Source of the DNA: a virus
Taxonomy: Duplodnaviria > Caudoviricetes
Length of the DNA stretch: 64,000 nucleotides
Virus record (IMG/VR): IMGVR_UViG_2799112265_000001
Location: 1-64,000 of that record
Reading direction: 5' to 3' (one strand)
Below the pieces are notes generated by a model. It did not search any database. It was not told the DNA's origin and was given only the letters and a program-made list of their open reading frames with translations. Every line of letters starts with the position of its first letter. Positions within the stretch are counted from its first letter, which is position 1. Below, one piece after another: positions 48,083 to 57,053 of the stretch. A program made the position numbers and the translations under genes.

Positions 48083-49423
48083 ATGAGGACTCTCCCGGCC
48101 AAGGTCCAGACCGCCGTCCATGTCGCCACGCTCACCCGCAAGGCCGGTCTGCCCATCCCGGCGGAAGTCCTCACCGTCCTCGACGAAGCCGCCGCCCCGT
48201 TCCCCGGCCGCTGGCTCCTCGACCCTCTCCCCGGCGACCCCATCCGCGTGGTCGAGCTGTTCGCCGGCCCCGGCGGCTGGTCCGAAGGCATCGCCGCCGT
48301 CCTCGGCGTCAACGTCGACGCGGTCGGCATCGACATCTCCAAGGACGCCTGCGCCACCGCCCGCGCCGCCGGGCACCGTCGGATCTGCGCCGACATCACC
48401 ACCCTCGACCCCGAGCACTACGCGCTGCGCCACACGCGCGGCCTGATCGTCTCCCCGCCCTGCCCCTCGTTCTCCCCGGCCGGGAAGCACACCGGGCAGG
48501 AGGCGGCGAACATCCTCACCCTGTGCCGCGTCCTCGCCCAGTGCTCCGAGGCGGGCGGGTTCCTCCCCGGCAGCGAGCTGGACGACTGGTGCACGGGCTG
48601 CGCCGTGTGCGACGAGCTGGGCTACCACGACGGCTACGCCCCCCGCTCCGGCCTCTCCTGGAACGACCTGCGCGCCCAGCTCGCCCCGCTCACCGACGCC
48701 CGTATCGGCCTCATGGCGGAAGTCCTGTTCTGGGCGTTCGGCCTTCAGGCGTCGGGCGCGCCGCTGGAGTTCGTCGCCATGGAGCAGTCGGCCCGCCTGC
48801 CCGAGCAGATCCTCAACGACCTCCGCCTGGAACTGTGCGGCGGGCAGGGCGAAGGCGAGTGGGCCGCCGCCACCTGGGGCGTCCTGGAGGCCTCCCAGTT
48901 CGGTCTCGCCTCCCGCCGCGAGCGCGTGTTCTTCCTCGCCACCCGCCGCTACGTCTCGCTACCCACCCCCGACCCGGAGACCCTCCCCACCTCCATGGCC
49001 GACGCCCTCGGCTGGGAGGAGGGCGAGCGGATCAACACCCGTGGCGTCCGGCCCGTCGACCCGAAGACCGGCCGCGCCAAGGGCGGCAACGAGTTCTCCG
49101 CCGACAAGCCGTCCAACTGCCTCACCGGCAAGGCCCGCACCTGGAAGCGCGTCAGCGACGGACTGCGCCTCACCATGCACGAGGCCGGACTCCTCGTCGG
49201 GTTCCGCCGCACCTACCCGTGGCAGGGGAGCCGCTCCAGCGCCTTCCAGCAGGCCGCCGACGTCGTCTCCCCGCTCATGGCCGCCCTCGTCCTCGGCGCC
49301 GCCCTCGGCGTCCGCCTCGGCAAGACCCTGGCGCGCGACTACCTCACCCAGCTCTACGCCATGGACGACATGCTCCGCCAGGACGACGACGCGCTCACCG
49401 ACGACTACGACCTCGCCACCTAA
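48083..49423 (+). CDS. DNA cytosine-5 methyltransferase
   Basis: ELFAGPGG (motif I), SPPCPSFS (catalytic PC) and RRERVF (motif VIII); motifs VI and X divergent (EQS, ADVV). Confidence 0.85.
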   Translation: MRTLPAKVQTAVHVATLTRKAGLPIPAEVLTVLDEAAAPFPGRWLLDPLPGDPIRVVELFAGPGGWSEGIAAVLGVNVDAVGIDISKDACATARAAGHRRICADITTLDPEHYALRHTRGLIVSPPCPSFSPAGKHTGQEAANILTLCRVLAQCSEAGGFLPGSELDDWCTGCAVCDELGYHDGYAPRSGLSWNDLRAQLAPLTDARIGLMAEVLFWAFGLQASGAPLEFVAMEQSARLPEQILNDLRLELCGGQGEGEWAAATWGVLEASQFGLASRRERVFFLATRRYVSLPTPDPETLPTSMADALGWEEGERINTRGVRPVDPKTGRAKGGNEFSADKPSNCLTGKARTWKRVSDGLRLTMHEAGLLVGFRRTYPWQGSRSSAFQQAADVVSPLMAALVLGAALGVRLGKTLARDYLTQLYAMDDMLRQDDDALTDDYDLAT

Positions 49424-49542
49424 CCCCGCCCCGGCGCCCCGCCGCGCCCCGGCCTGCGGGGTGCGGCGCGGGCGCTTCGATGGCTGACAGCGGCTCTCCC
49501 CGGGGCGGACACCCCCTACCAGGCTCCCGAGGCCGGCGCGGA

Positions 49543-49731
49543 TCACGTCCACCGGTCCGGGCCCACCCCGCGCCAGTCGATCAACGGCGAGCGGGCCACC
49601 TCCTCGGGCTCCAGCTCCAGGCCCGCACGGCGAAGGAACTCGACCAGGTCCTCGATGCGGTAGGCCGTCCCGAGGATCTCCCCGTCGACCCGTACCCGCC
49701 GCCCGCCTGAAGGGGACGGCGGGTACACCAC
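49543..49731 (-). CDS. Small hypothetical protein
   Basis: VYPPSPSGGRRV..EFLRRAGL..W; TACGTT 7 nt before GTG. Confidence 0.5.
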   Translation of the reverse strand: MVYPPSPSGGRRVRVDGEILGTAYRIEDLVEFLRRAGLELEPEEVARSPLIDWRGVGPDRWT

Positions 49732-49853
49732 GACCCGCAACGTACCAGCCACCCGGCCAGGGTCCCCCGCCCGGTGAAGGGGCGCAGCACGGGCTACGCC
49801 GATCAGCCATACCGGCCGCCACGTAAGATGACCCCGGACAGGAAACGGGAACC

Positions 49854-50744
49854 ATGGCATACCTCTACGCCAGCGCCTCCATCCAGGTGCGGTACATGCA
49901 CGGCATCGGTCCTACCGCGCTGGCTCTCCTCGCGGACACCGTCACCCGCCACCTGGTGCAGAGGGAACGGTTCACTGTGCACCTCGACGGATGGTATCCG
50001 CCAAAGTCCAGACACTTTCGCTGGATGAACGACAAGGAGAACGACCGAACGGTCAAGTCTCTGGAGGACACCGTCCGGAACAGGTTCCCCGGGCCCTTCG
50101 GCATCGACGTCGTCCAGACCGCCAAGTCGAATCTCCTGATCAGGTTCGTCCCGCACGATGAGTGGCACCCAGAACCGGCCGCCGCTCCCGGCCCGCCCGT
50201 TCTCGCCACCTCTGATGCCTCCTACCGCGGCCCGCACCATGCCCGCGCGGGCATAGCCGTCAACGGCACGGCGACGACGATCGACCTCGCGCCCGCCGGA
50301 CATATTGACTCGAACGGATATGAATTCCTCGCTGTGTGCCTGGCCCTCCTCACGGCGGTTGGCGAACGCAGCCCGCTGACCGTACGCAGCGATTCGACCG
50401 AAGCGGTACGCGAAGGGCGGTTTCTCCGCGAGGGGCAGATGCCATCCTGGGTGTATCGGCATGGAAACGAAGTGGTGCAGCGAGTGGCCGCGTCAGCGAT
50501 GTCTGCCAGCAGGCTGCGACCCGTACGCATCGAGCATGTACCCCGCGAGAATGTGGCCGCCGCGCACTATGCCGCCTTCAGCGCTGCCGGCGAGTGCCCA
50601 ATGGCGATGCGAAGCTGGGCGACCCGGCAGGGGATGCCACTGTCCTGGGTTGACGCTCAACGTGGCCTGGACTCGCGCGCGCCATCTAAACCGGCGTTCG
50701 TAGAGCGAAGGACTGTTATTGCCGCCGGTCCGATCTGGGCTTGA
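49854..50744 (+). CDS. Protein with C-terminal RNase H-like domain
   Basis: TSDASY, NGYEFLAV, VRSDS and EHVPREN match the RNase HI acidic pattern; lower GC than flanks. Confidence 0.6.
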   Translation: MAYLYASASIQVRYMHGIGPTALALLADTVTRHLVQRERFTVHLDGWYPPKSRHFRWMNDKENDRTVKSLEDTVRNRFPGPFGIDVVQTAKSNLLIRFVPHDEWHPEPAAAPGPPVLATSDASYRGPHHARAGIAVNGTATTIDLAPAGHIDSNGYEFLAVCLALLTAVGERSPLTVRSDSTEAVREGRFLREGQMPSWVYRHGNEVVQRVAASAMSASRLRPVRIEHVPRENVAAAHYAAFSAAGECPMAMRSWATRQGMPLSWVDAQRGLDSRAPSKPAFVERRTVIAAGPIWA

Positions 50745-50837
50745 GCACGAGGGGGCGCAGTACGGGCTCCGCCGACCCGGCCCGCCACCGGCACGTGCAG
50801 GCGTAACAGTGCGCGGCGCGCCCACGTTCCCCCGAGC

Positions 50838-51239
50838 ATGAGCGATGTCATCCCGGCCGGCCATGAAGTGGCTGCCGCCTTCAGCGAGGACCCCGGACTG
50901 CGAGCCTTCTCCGAGTCGCTCGCCTGCGTGCAGGTGAGCGCCTCCCTGGCCGTGAACGGCCGGGTGATCAGCTACGAGCAGTCCCTCCCGCTCCATGAGT
51001 GGCGGACCATCTCCGACGACCTGGCCTGGCGCGAAGGCTACGAGCGGCACATCCGGCGCTGCCTCGCCGAGGCCCTCGTGGACGCCCTGAACCCGCCCGT
51101 GGTCGTACGGGCGCCGGACCCGGTCGATGAGGCCGTAGCGCGCATCTCAGCCGGGTGCCGCCCGGACCATCTCCAGGACGCGGCCGCGGGCGGAGCCGGT
51201 GCAGCCCGTCAGCAGCCCGAACTAGGCTCGAAGGCGTGA
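50838..51239 (+). CDS. Hypothetical protein, probably leaderless from a class II promoter
   Basis: CGTAAC-N17-CGTT ends 9 nt before ATG. Confidence 0.55.
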   Translation: MSDVIPAGHEVAAAFSEDPGLRAFSESLACVQVSASLAVNGRVISYEQSLPLHEWRTISDDLAWREGYERHIRRCLAEALVDALNPPVVVRAPDPVDEAVARISAGCRPDHLQDAAAGGAGAARQQPELGSKA

Positions 51240-51628
51240 CCACCGCCCCCGATGCGGACGCCGACGGCGCCCCGTTCGACCCGCACGCGTTCCCTTCCGA
51301 CCTGCGCAAGGCTCAGCGGAAGGTGGACGACCTGTTCGCCCGGCTCCACGCACTACAGAGCACGCTCCCGTGGTCCCGCGAGCCGCACCCCGGGTGGCCC
51401 GCCGTCGACGAGCGGGCCAGGAAACACCCAGGACGGCCCGCTACGCCCGGCTGGACGGCCGAGCAGGCCGCCGAGTACGACGGGCTGCGCGCCGAGCTGC
51501 GGGACGCTGCAGAAGCCGTACGCGGCCACGAGTGGTGGAGGGAGTGCTGGCGCGCCGGGGTACGGGATGCCGCGCTGGTCGACGCCCGCCAGGCCCTCAA
51601 GCACGCCCCGTCCCCCGAGGACGCCTGA
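51236..51628 (+). CDS. Hypothetical protein
   Basis: GTGA overlap; FPSDL..LPWSREP..GW..HEWW..ARQALK. Confidence 0.6.
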   Translation: MTTAPDADADGAPFDPHAFPSDLRKAQRKVDDLFARLHALQSTLPWSREPHPGWPAVDERARKHPGRPATPGWTAEQAAEYDGLRAELRDAAEAVRGHEWWRECWRAGVRDAALVDARQALKHAPSPEDA

Positions 51629-51629
51629 C

Positions 51630-51977
51630 CTACCGCTCCCGGCGGGGCATGCTCCCCGCCTGGTCCCGCTCGAACGCCCTGGTGGGCTTCGCGCTGCGGC
51701 TGCCGTGCGCCATGCGCAGTCCCGGCTGCGGCCACTGGTACAGCCGGACCGTGATCGTGGTGTCTCCGAGGAGGTCCACCTCGACCTGGTAGCGGATCGT
51801 GCCGTCCGGCCACTCCTGCTTGGCGAGCACCGGGGCGTACCGCCAGCGGCCCGCCGACCACACGCCGAGCGCGGGCCGGTCCCCGGCCGGCCACGCCCAC
51901 ACCTCCGGTGCCGGGCCGTCGTCCGGGCGCCAGGGGCGGGACGGCTCGGGTTCGGGGACCGGCTCGGTGCTGCTCAC
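51630..51977 (-). CDS. Hypothetical Trp-rich protein
   Basis: GGAGG RBS; GTGA overlap with the XF1762-like gene. Confidence 0.55.
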   Translation of the reverse strand: MSSTEPVPEPEPSRPWRPDDGPAPEVWAWPAGDRPALGVWSAGRWRYAPVLAKQEWPDGTIRYQVEVDLLGDTTITVRLYQWPQPGLRMAHGSRSAKPTRAFERDQAGSMPRRER

Positions 51978-52501
51978 CCCTCCGAGGGTAGGGGGCGGCC
52001 CTTCGTGACGCGGTCGGCGGGAGCCTCCCAGCGCAGTCGACCGACCTGGTCGACGCCGTGGGACTGCCGTGGACGGCTGGGGCAGTCCCAGCCCCTCCTC
52101 GGGGGGATCTGCGCCACGACCCGCCATCCGGCTCCGCGCAGGCTCGCCCCGCTCTCCCCGTCCTGCGTGTAGGTGATCAGCCGGGTGTAGCCGAGAGCTT
52201 GCGCTGCCCGCCAGGCCGCCCCGTACAGCAGAGAGTTCGCGTTGAAGGCGCCGTCCGTGGCCGTCCGGGTGACCTCCAGGGTCTGCCCGTCGTCGAGCAT
52301 CCGGGCCACCGGCCGGCCGACCATGGCGACCGCGCGCAGCATCGCCGTGTCGTCAGCGGCGCCGACGCAGAACACCGCCCCGGCCGGCGGCTTGTGGTGG
52401 CGGTGCCACTCGGCGACGAACGCCTTGGCGTCCTTCTGCTTGACCGGAACCAGGTGCAGTCTCGGGTGGCTCTCATGGCGGGCGGTACGGGGGCGGGGCA
52501 C
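51974..52501 (-). CDS. XF1762-family / Mom-like GNAT-fold protein
   Basis: FVAEWHRHH..VGRPVAR.LDDG.TLEVTR..SLLYGAAWRAA.ALGY..ITYT...ESGASLR.AGW. Confidence 0.75.
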   Translation of the reverse strand: MPRPRTARHESHPRLHLVPVKQKDAKAFVAEWHRHHKPPAGAVFCVGAADDTAMLRAVAMVGRPVARMLDDGQTLEVTRTATDGAFNANSLLYGAAWRAAQALGYTRLITYTQDGESGASLRGAGWRVVAQIPPRRGWDCPSRPRQSHGVDQVGRLRWEAPADRVTKGRPLPSEG

Positions 52502-52727
52502 AGCGGGTCTCCACGTGGCGGTCGGCGGCGCCGTGCTGCGCCTCCGGGGGACCGCACACCGTGAGTCCCCGGAGCGCCTTACGTCTGGATCACATCTCCG
52601 CTTGGGACGTGATGAGTTGAGATGTGATCAGTTGCGGGGCCGGGGTGTAACAGGTCGGGCCGGGCTGGCGTTCCCCTGATCAGCACGGCCGAGAGGCGGC
52701 CGTCATCCCGCCCGGAAGGCCCGCTCC

Positions 52728-53135
52728 GTGTCCCAGTCGCTCTCCCACAGCCCCCGCCGCGGCCCCGGCCCGCTCACGGTCGTCATGCTCGCCCTGGTTG
52801 TGTTCTTCGCCGTGATGGTGACCGCCTGCACCAGCCAGGCCGGCACCGACGACCACGACGGCACCCCCGTCTGCCGGGCCACGCACACCTCGACGGGCGA
52901 CTACGTCCCGGCGGGACTGCGGCCGTGCACCCTGTACGGCTCCAGCCACTACTCCGGTGACACCGGGCACTACTCCGGCAGCTCCAGTCACGGCAGTACC
53001 AGCCGGACGGGAAGCGGCGTGAAGAAGCCCGCCCGGCCCGCCGCTCCGAAGCCGAAGGCGCCGTCGCTGGTGAAGCCGCCCACCATGCCGAAGCCCGCGG
53101 CCGCGCCGCCCCGGGTCTCCCTCTCCAAGCGGTGA
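52728..53135 (+). CDS. Putative lipoprotein
   Basis: Hydrophobic stretch ending VTAC; class II promoter upstream. Confidence 0.6.
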   Translation: MSQSLSHSPRRGPGPLTVVMLALVVFFAVMVTACTSQAGTDDHDGTPVCRATHTSTGDYVPAGLRPCTLYGSSHYSGDTGHYSGSSSHGSTSRTGSGVKKPARPAAPKPKAPSLVKPPTMPKPAAAPPRVSLSKR

Positions 53136-53269
53136 CCAGGCCCGGCCCGCGAGACGAGCCAGCGCCCTTCACTGTCCGAGCGGCGGGCTTCGTCGAGCCC
53201 ATCCGGGACACAAGCCGGCCGAGCCCGTCATGGTCCGCTCGACCTTGCTCCCGCACTGAAGGAACCTCC

Positions 53270-53698
53270 GTGGCCGACACCTCCCTCTTGAAGTCCAACG
53301 AGGCACCCTGCGCGTCCTCCTGCCAGTCCGGCGAGCTGCTCGCCCGGCTGAACCACTGCATTTCCCTCCACGCCCTGTTGGCCGGACTGATCTCCCTCAA
53401 CCTCGTTCTGACCTTGATCGGTATCGGGGTCGGGATCAGCCTGCGCGACCAGGTCGAGGCGCAGCCCCAGCCGAAGCCCACCGCGACCGCCCACCCGTCG
53501 CCGGGCGCCACGACGCCGACAGCGCCCAGCCCGGAGCCGACCCCGCAGCCCAGCGGCAGCTGCAACATGTTCGACCCCGAGTGCTCCGACGGCGTGTCAG
53601 CCGGTTCGACCGGCGGAACCGGCCCGACGTCCGGGAGCACGGACGGCACGATCTTCGGCGGCCAGACCGGCGGCGCGGACGGAGGAAGCGGCACGTAG
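53270..53698 (+). CDS. Small membrane protein with Pro/Gly-rich tail
   Basis: GAAGGA RBS; one transmembrane helix. Confidence 0.55.
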   Translation: MADTSLLKSNEAPCASSCQSGELLARLNHCISLHALLAGLISLNLVLTLIGIGVGISLRDQVEAQPQPKPTATAHPSPGATTPTAPSPEPTPQPSGSCNMFDPECSDGVSAGSTGGTGPTSGSTDGTIFGGQTGGADGGSGT

Positions 53699-53713
53699 CC
53701 CCCCCTCGCACAC

Positions 53714-53755
53714 CACTGCGCCCCGGCCGGACGACTCCCCGGCCGGGGCGCAGTG
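53714..53755 (+). terminator. Hairpin
   Basis: 17-bp stem cactgcgccccggccgg. Confidence 0.7.
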
Positions 53756-54122
53756 CGTTCCGGAAGCGCGGACGGTCATCGGCGGCTGGAGCACCACCGG
53801 TGCCCGCAGTCGATGAGCCGCCGGTCCGGGGCTGGCAGACCACCGATACCAGCCGGGGGGAGCGCCGGGGCCGGGATGCCCAGTTCCCATTCCAGGGACC
53901 AGATCCGGCGCGGGTCGGCAGTGTCGTGGGTATCGCAACGCCGAACGAGACGGCGCAGCAGGGTCTCAAGCATGGCCGTGTTGTAGCAGGTCACGGGTGC
54001 TACGCCCCAGGGCCTATCGGACGCAAGCACTCCGGTTCGTGCAGGGTGCATCCGCTTTGCCCGTGGCGCGCTCCCGAGGCTGCCACCACGGCGGCCGCGC
54101 GCCGCCGGCGGAAGGGAGCTGC

Positions 54123-54602
54123 GTGCAGCCGCACGTCATACGAGCGCTTCACGACTGGCGCATGGCCTGGGCCGACCATGAGAGTGCCGCACAGGACGCG
54201 TTCACCGCGGCGTTCCCGGCGCTGAACACCTCCGACCCGCGATGCCAGTGCTTCGGCCCGACACTGCGCTGGGACGTCGACGGCGAGGGTACGGGGAAGG
54301 TGTGCCTGGACGGCCACGGGCGCGCCACCATGGCCTTCGAGAACGTCCCCAAGGCCGCGATCGGCAAGGCCATGACCGAGACCTGGGGGGCCGACTGGTT
54401 CGACGAGGGCCCCGGCGGGCTCGCGGCCGCCGAGCCCGGCCGCTACCACTACGAGGACGAGCAGACCTACGCGGAGTACGAGTTCGACGTGAAGGCGGAC
54501 GGCACCGTCGACCTCGACATCGCGTACGTGAAGGTCGACGACATCGTGGCCATGCTCGACGCCCTCGAGCGCGCCCTCGCCGAGCTGCGCTGCGCGGCCT
54601 AG
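54123..54602 (+). CDS. Acidic hypothetical protein
   Basis: GAAGGGAG RBS. Confidence 0.6.
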   Translation: MQPHVIRALHDWRMAWADHESAAQDAFTAAFPALNTSDPRCQCFGPTLRWDVDGEGTGKVCLDGHGRATMAFENVPKAAIGKAMTETWGADWFDEGPGGLAAAEPGRYHYEDEQTYAEYEFDVKADGTVDLDIAYVKVDDIVAMLDALERALAELRCAA

Positions 54603-54607
54603 GCTGC

Positions 54608-54659
54608 GCGAGGTGAGGTGACGTGCCAGAGCGCTCTGGAACACGTCACCTCACCTCGC
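54608..54659. terminator. Long hairpin between convergent genes
   Basis: 18-bp outer stem gcgaggtgaggtgacgtg plus inner ccagag/ctctgg. Confidence 0.75.
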
Positions 54660-54665
54660 CGCGCA

Positions 54666-54755
54666 TCATTCCTCGGAGCCGCCGCGCCCCCTGGCGATAA
54701 GCGCCGCAGCGACCATTCCCACCGTGGTGATTAAGGCCGCGATGATGGTGCTCAT
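54666..54755 (-). CDS. 29-aa hydrophobic peptide, type I toxin-like
   Basis: MSTIIAALITTVGMVAAALIARGRGGSEE; RBS GAAGGGGGA; contains a TTA codon. Confidence 0.55.
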   Translation of the reverse strand: MSTIIAALITTVGMVAAALIARGRGGSEE

Positions 54756-55329
54756 TTTTCCCCCTTCGGTTGGGACGCCGTGGTGCGTCCGAAATCACGA
54801 TCGCACGTCCGCCGAAGGTCGCTGTCTAGCTCAACGCCGCTGGTGGGGAGGGGTGTCTACCCCGTCTTGGGGTGCGGGGCCGAAGGGGCGTTTTACAGGT
54901 CTGCGGCCGTTTCCGCGTAGGAATCCTGCGGGAAAAGCTGCTGCCGGGAACACCGGCGCGACGACCACCGGCAACACGTCCTCACCCGGTGCGCCAGGGG
55001 CTACCACTTTCTGAAGCTGATGCCTGGCACTTTTCCCCGCTCTCCCCTACCAGGTCCTACTAGACGGATTTCATCCCCGGCCGCGGGCGCCTACGTAGTT
55101 CGTACCAGGTGAAAGATCCGCCGCGAATTTCTGCGCGCAGCGCCGCGCGGGACGTACGGCGGGTCCGCCGGTTCCGGGGTTGTGCCCTTGCCGCCCTCGG
55201 TAGCCTGGCTCCCGGAGACCTCGCCGGACTCCCCCTCGTGGACCCGCAGTTGCGGGGATGCAGCCCGTTCCGGCCGGGCTGGTCACGCGCGCCTCGCGCC
55301 CCGCCCGCCACCGCTGAGGAGTCCCCCTG

Positions 55330-55926
55330 ATGCCCGAACAGCAGCACGCCCTGGTCGCCCCCGAGTGGGACGGCGGCGCGTTCGTCTTCACTCACACCTA
55401 CGGCAGCGGAATCTCCGTCTGGGCGCGGAACCTGGGCGCCGTCATCGCGGAAAGCCCCCGGCCCCGCGGTGTCGCCGCCCCGCTGTACGCCGGCACCATC
55501 GCCGACATGAAGGCCCTGGCGGACTTCGTGGCCGACTTCGTGGAGCACGCCACCGGCGACGAGGACGAGGGTCTGCGCCTCGGCCGTGTCCGCGACACCA
55601 AGCCCATCGTTCAGCGCACCCACAGCGACAGCCCGGCGAGCCGGATGCACTTCTCGTACCGCAGCATCCTGATGGACACCGTCGGGCCGTGGGACGGCGC
55701 CGCCGCCGAGCTGCTCCTCGCCCGCGTGCGGGGCGGGCACAGGGGGCACGTCGGGTTCTTCGCCACCGGCCTGCCCGAGTTCCCTGCCGACGCCCCCCTG
55801 GACGTCGTGCCCTACGGCCTGCCGAGGGCGGTCATCGACCGGGGCGCGGCCGCCGACCTTGCCGACTTTCTAAGCGAGCCGCCTGGCCGTGTGCTCCCCC
55901 GTGAGGTCGCCGATCGCTGTCGCTGA
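55330..55926 (+). CDS. Hypothetical protein
   Basis: GAGGAG RBS. Confidence 0.6.
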   Translation: MPEQQHALVAPEWDGGAFVFTHTYGSGISVWARNLGAVIAESPRPRGVAAPLYAGTIADMKALADFVADFVEHATGDEDEGLRLGRVRDTKPIVQRTHSDSPASRMHFSYRSILMDTVGPWDGAAAELLLARVRGGHRGHVGFFATGLPEFPADAPLDVVPYGLPRAVIDRGAAADLADFLSEPPGRVLPREVADRCR

Positions 55927-56037
55927 CTCTGGGCGCGACGTAAGACGTCTAGGACGCACAGGGTCTCGCGTCCTCGCCGTTCATCAGGGTCCTCCGCGTG
56001 GCAGGCCCGGCGTGCGGGGGCGGGACGGAGAACCGCT

Positions 56038-56502
56038 GTGGATGAGCAGCAGCCGCCGATACGCGTCCTCCCTTGGTGTAACCGGCTGTACAAGGTCGGC
56101 CGCGCGAGGGTGCGGGTGTTGAAGGCGCCGCCGTTCGACGGCGACGGCATCACCGTGCGGGAATGGGAGTTGCTCGCGCTGCCCTACGAGGTCGGCTTCA
56201 TGCTGATCTCCCTTGCGCCTCACGCGGAGTTCGGCCGGCGGGGGGCTCGCGCCCCGGGAACGTGGAAGCGGCTCTGGAACATCGTGCGAGAGGACACCGG
56301 GCGCATCCACGAGTCCTACTGCCAGGGGCGACCGCGCTCCTGGTGTGGTGTCGCTCTCCGTATCCCCTGCCTCCACATCTGGCTGACGTGGCGTACACCG
56401 CGGCAGCGGGCCGCTCTGTACGCGCACGGGCAAGGGCCCTGCACGGTGTGCGGGGAGACCAGCGGTGGGTGGAAGAGGACGGTCGGCGGCGACGCGACGT
56501 AA
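56038..56502 (+). CDS. Hypothetical protein with Cys/His zinc motifs
   Basis: GGAG RBS; C..C..C.H and CTVC. Confidence 0.55.
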   Translation: MDEQQPPIRVLPWCNRLYKVGRARVRVLKAPPFDGDGITVREWELLALPYEVGFMLISLAPHAEFGRRGARAPGTWKRLWNIVREDTGRIHESYCQGRPRSWCGVALRIPCLHIWLTWRTPRQRAALYAHGQGPCTVCGETSGGWKRTVGGDAT

Positions 56503-56604
56503 GCGGCGGCCGCCGCGCACTCTCCTCGCCTCGCCCCGGAAGCGGACTCCTGGGCCGCGCTCCCTGCGGCCCGGCGCGCCGGGGCAGGCAAGGAGAACGG
56601 CGCT

Positions 56605-56958
56605 GTGGCGCAACGAAAGACCGGCCCCACCGACGTGGTGAAGGTCATCGTCTACGACCGGGACGATGGCACATGCGTGCGCTGCGGGGCCCGGCATGAC
56701 CTGACGATCCACCACCGCGTGAACCGGGGTATGGGCGGCGCCCGCGAGGCGTGGATCAACCAGGCCCACAACCTCCTGACCGTGTGCACCACGTGCAACG
56801 GCTGGTTCGAGGACCACCCGCGCGAGTCGTACGCGGCCGGCTGGAAGGTTCGGCGGCCGCAGCTCCCCGGCGAGGTCGAGGTGCGCTACCCGGACGGCTG
56901 CTTCTACCGGCTCACCCCGGACGGGGTGCGCTCGACGACCGTGGCGGCCGCGCGGTGA
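56605..56958 (+). CDS. HNH endonuclease
   Basis: RD..TCVRCG..HH..NLLTVCTTCN. Confidence 0.85.
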   Translation: MAQRKTGPTDVVKVIVYDRDDGTCVRCGARHDLTIHHRVNRGMGGAREAWINQAHNLLTVCTTCNGWFEDHPRESYAAGWKVRRPQLPGEVEVRYPDGCFYRLTPDGVRSTTVAAAR

Positions 56959-57053
56959 CCCGGCGCAGGCGCAGGCGCAGATGGATCTCGGACATGTTCG
57001 ACGCGGTGCTCGACGGGCTGATCGAAGCCCTGTTCTCTCGGGGGTGGAAGTGA
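56955..57053 (+). CDS. 32-aa peptide with a seven-Arg run
   Basis: GTGA overlap upstream and TGATG overlap downstream. Confidence 0.5.
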   Translation: MTRRRRRRRWISDMFDAVLDGLIEALFSRGWK

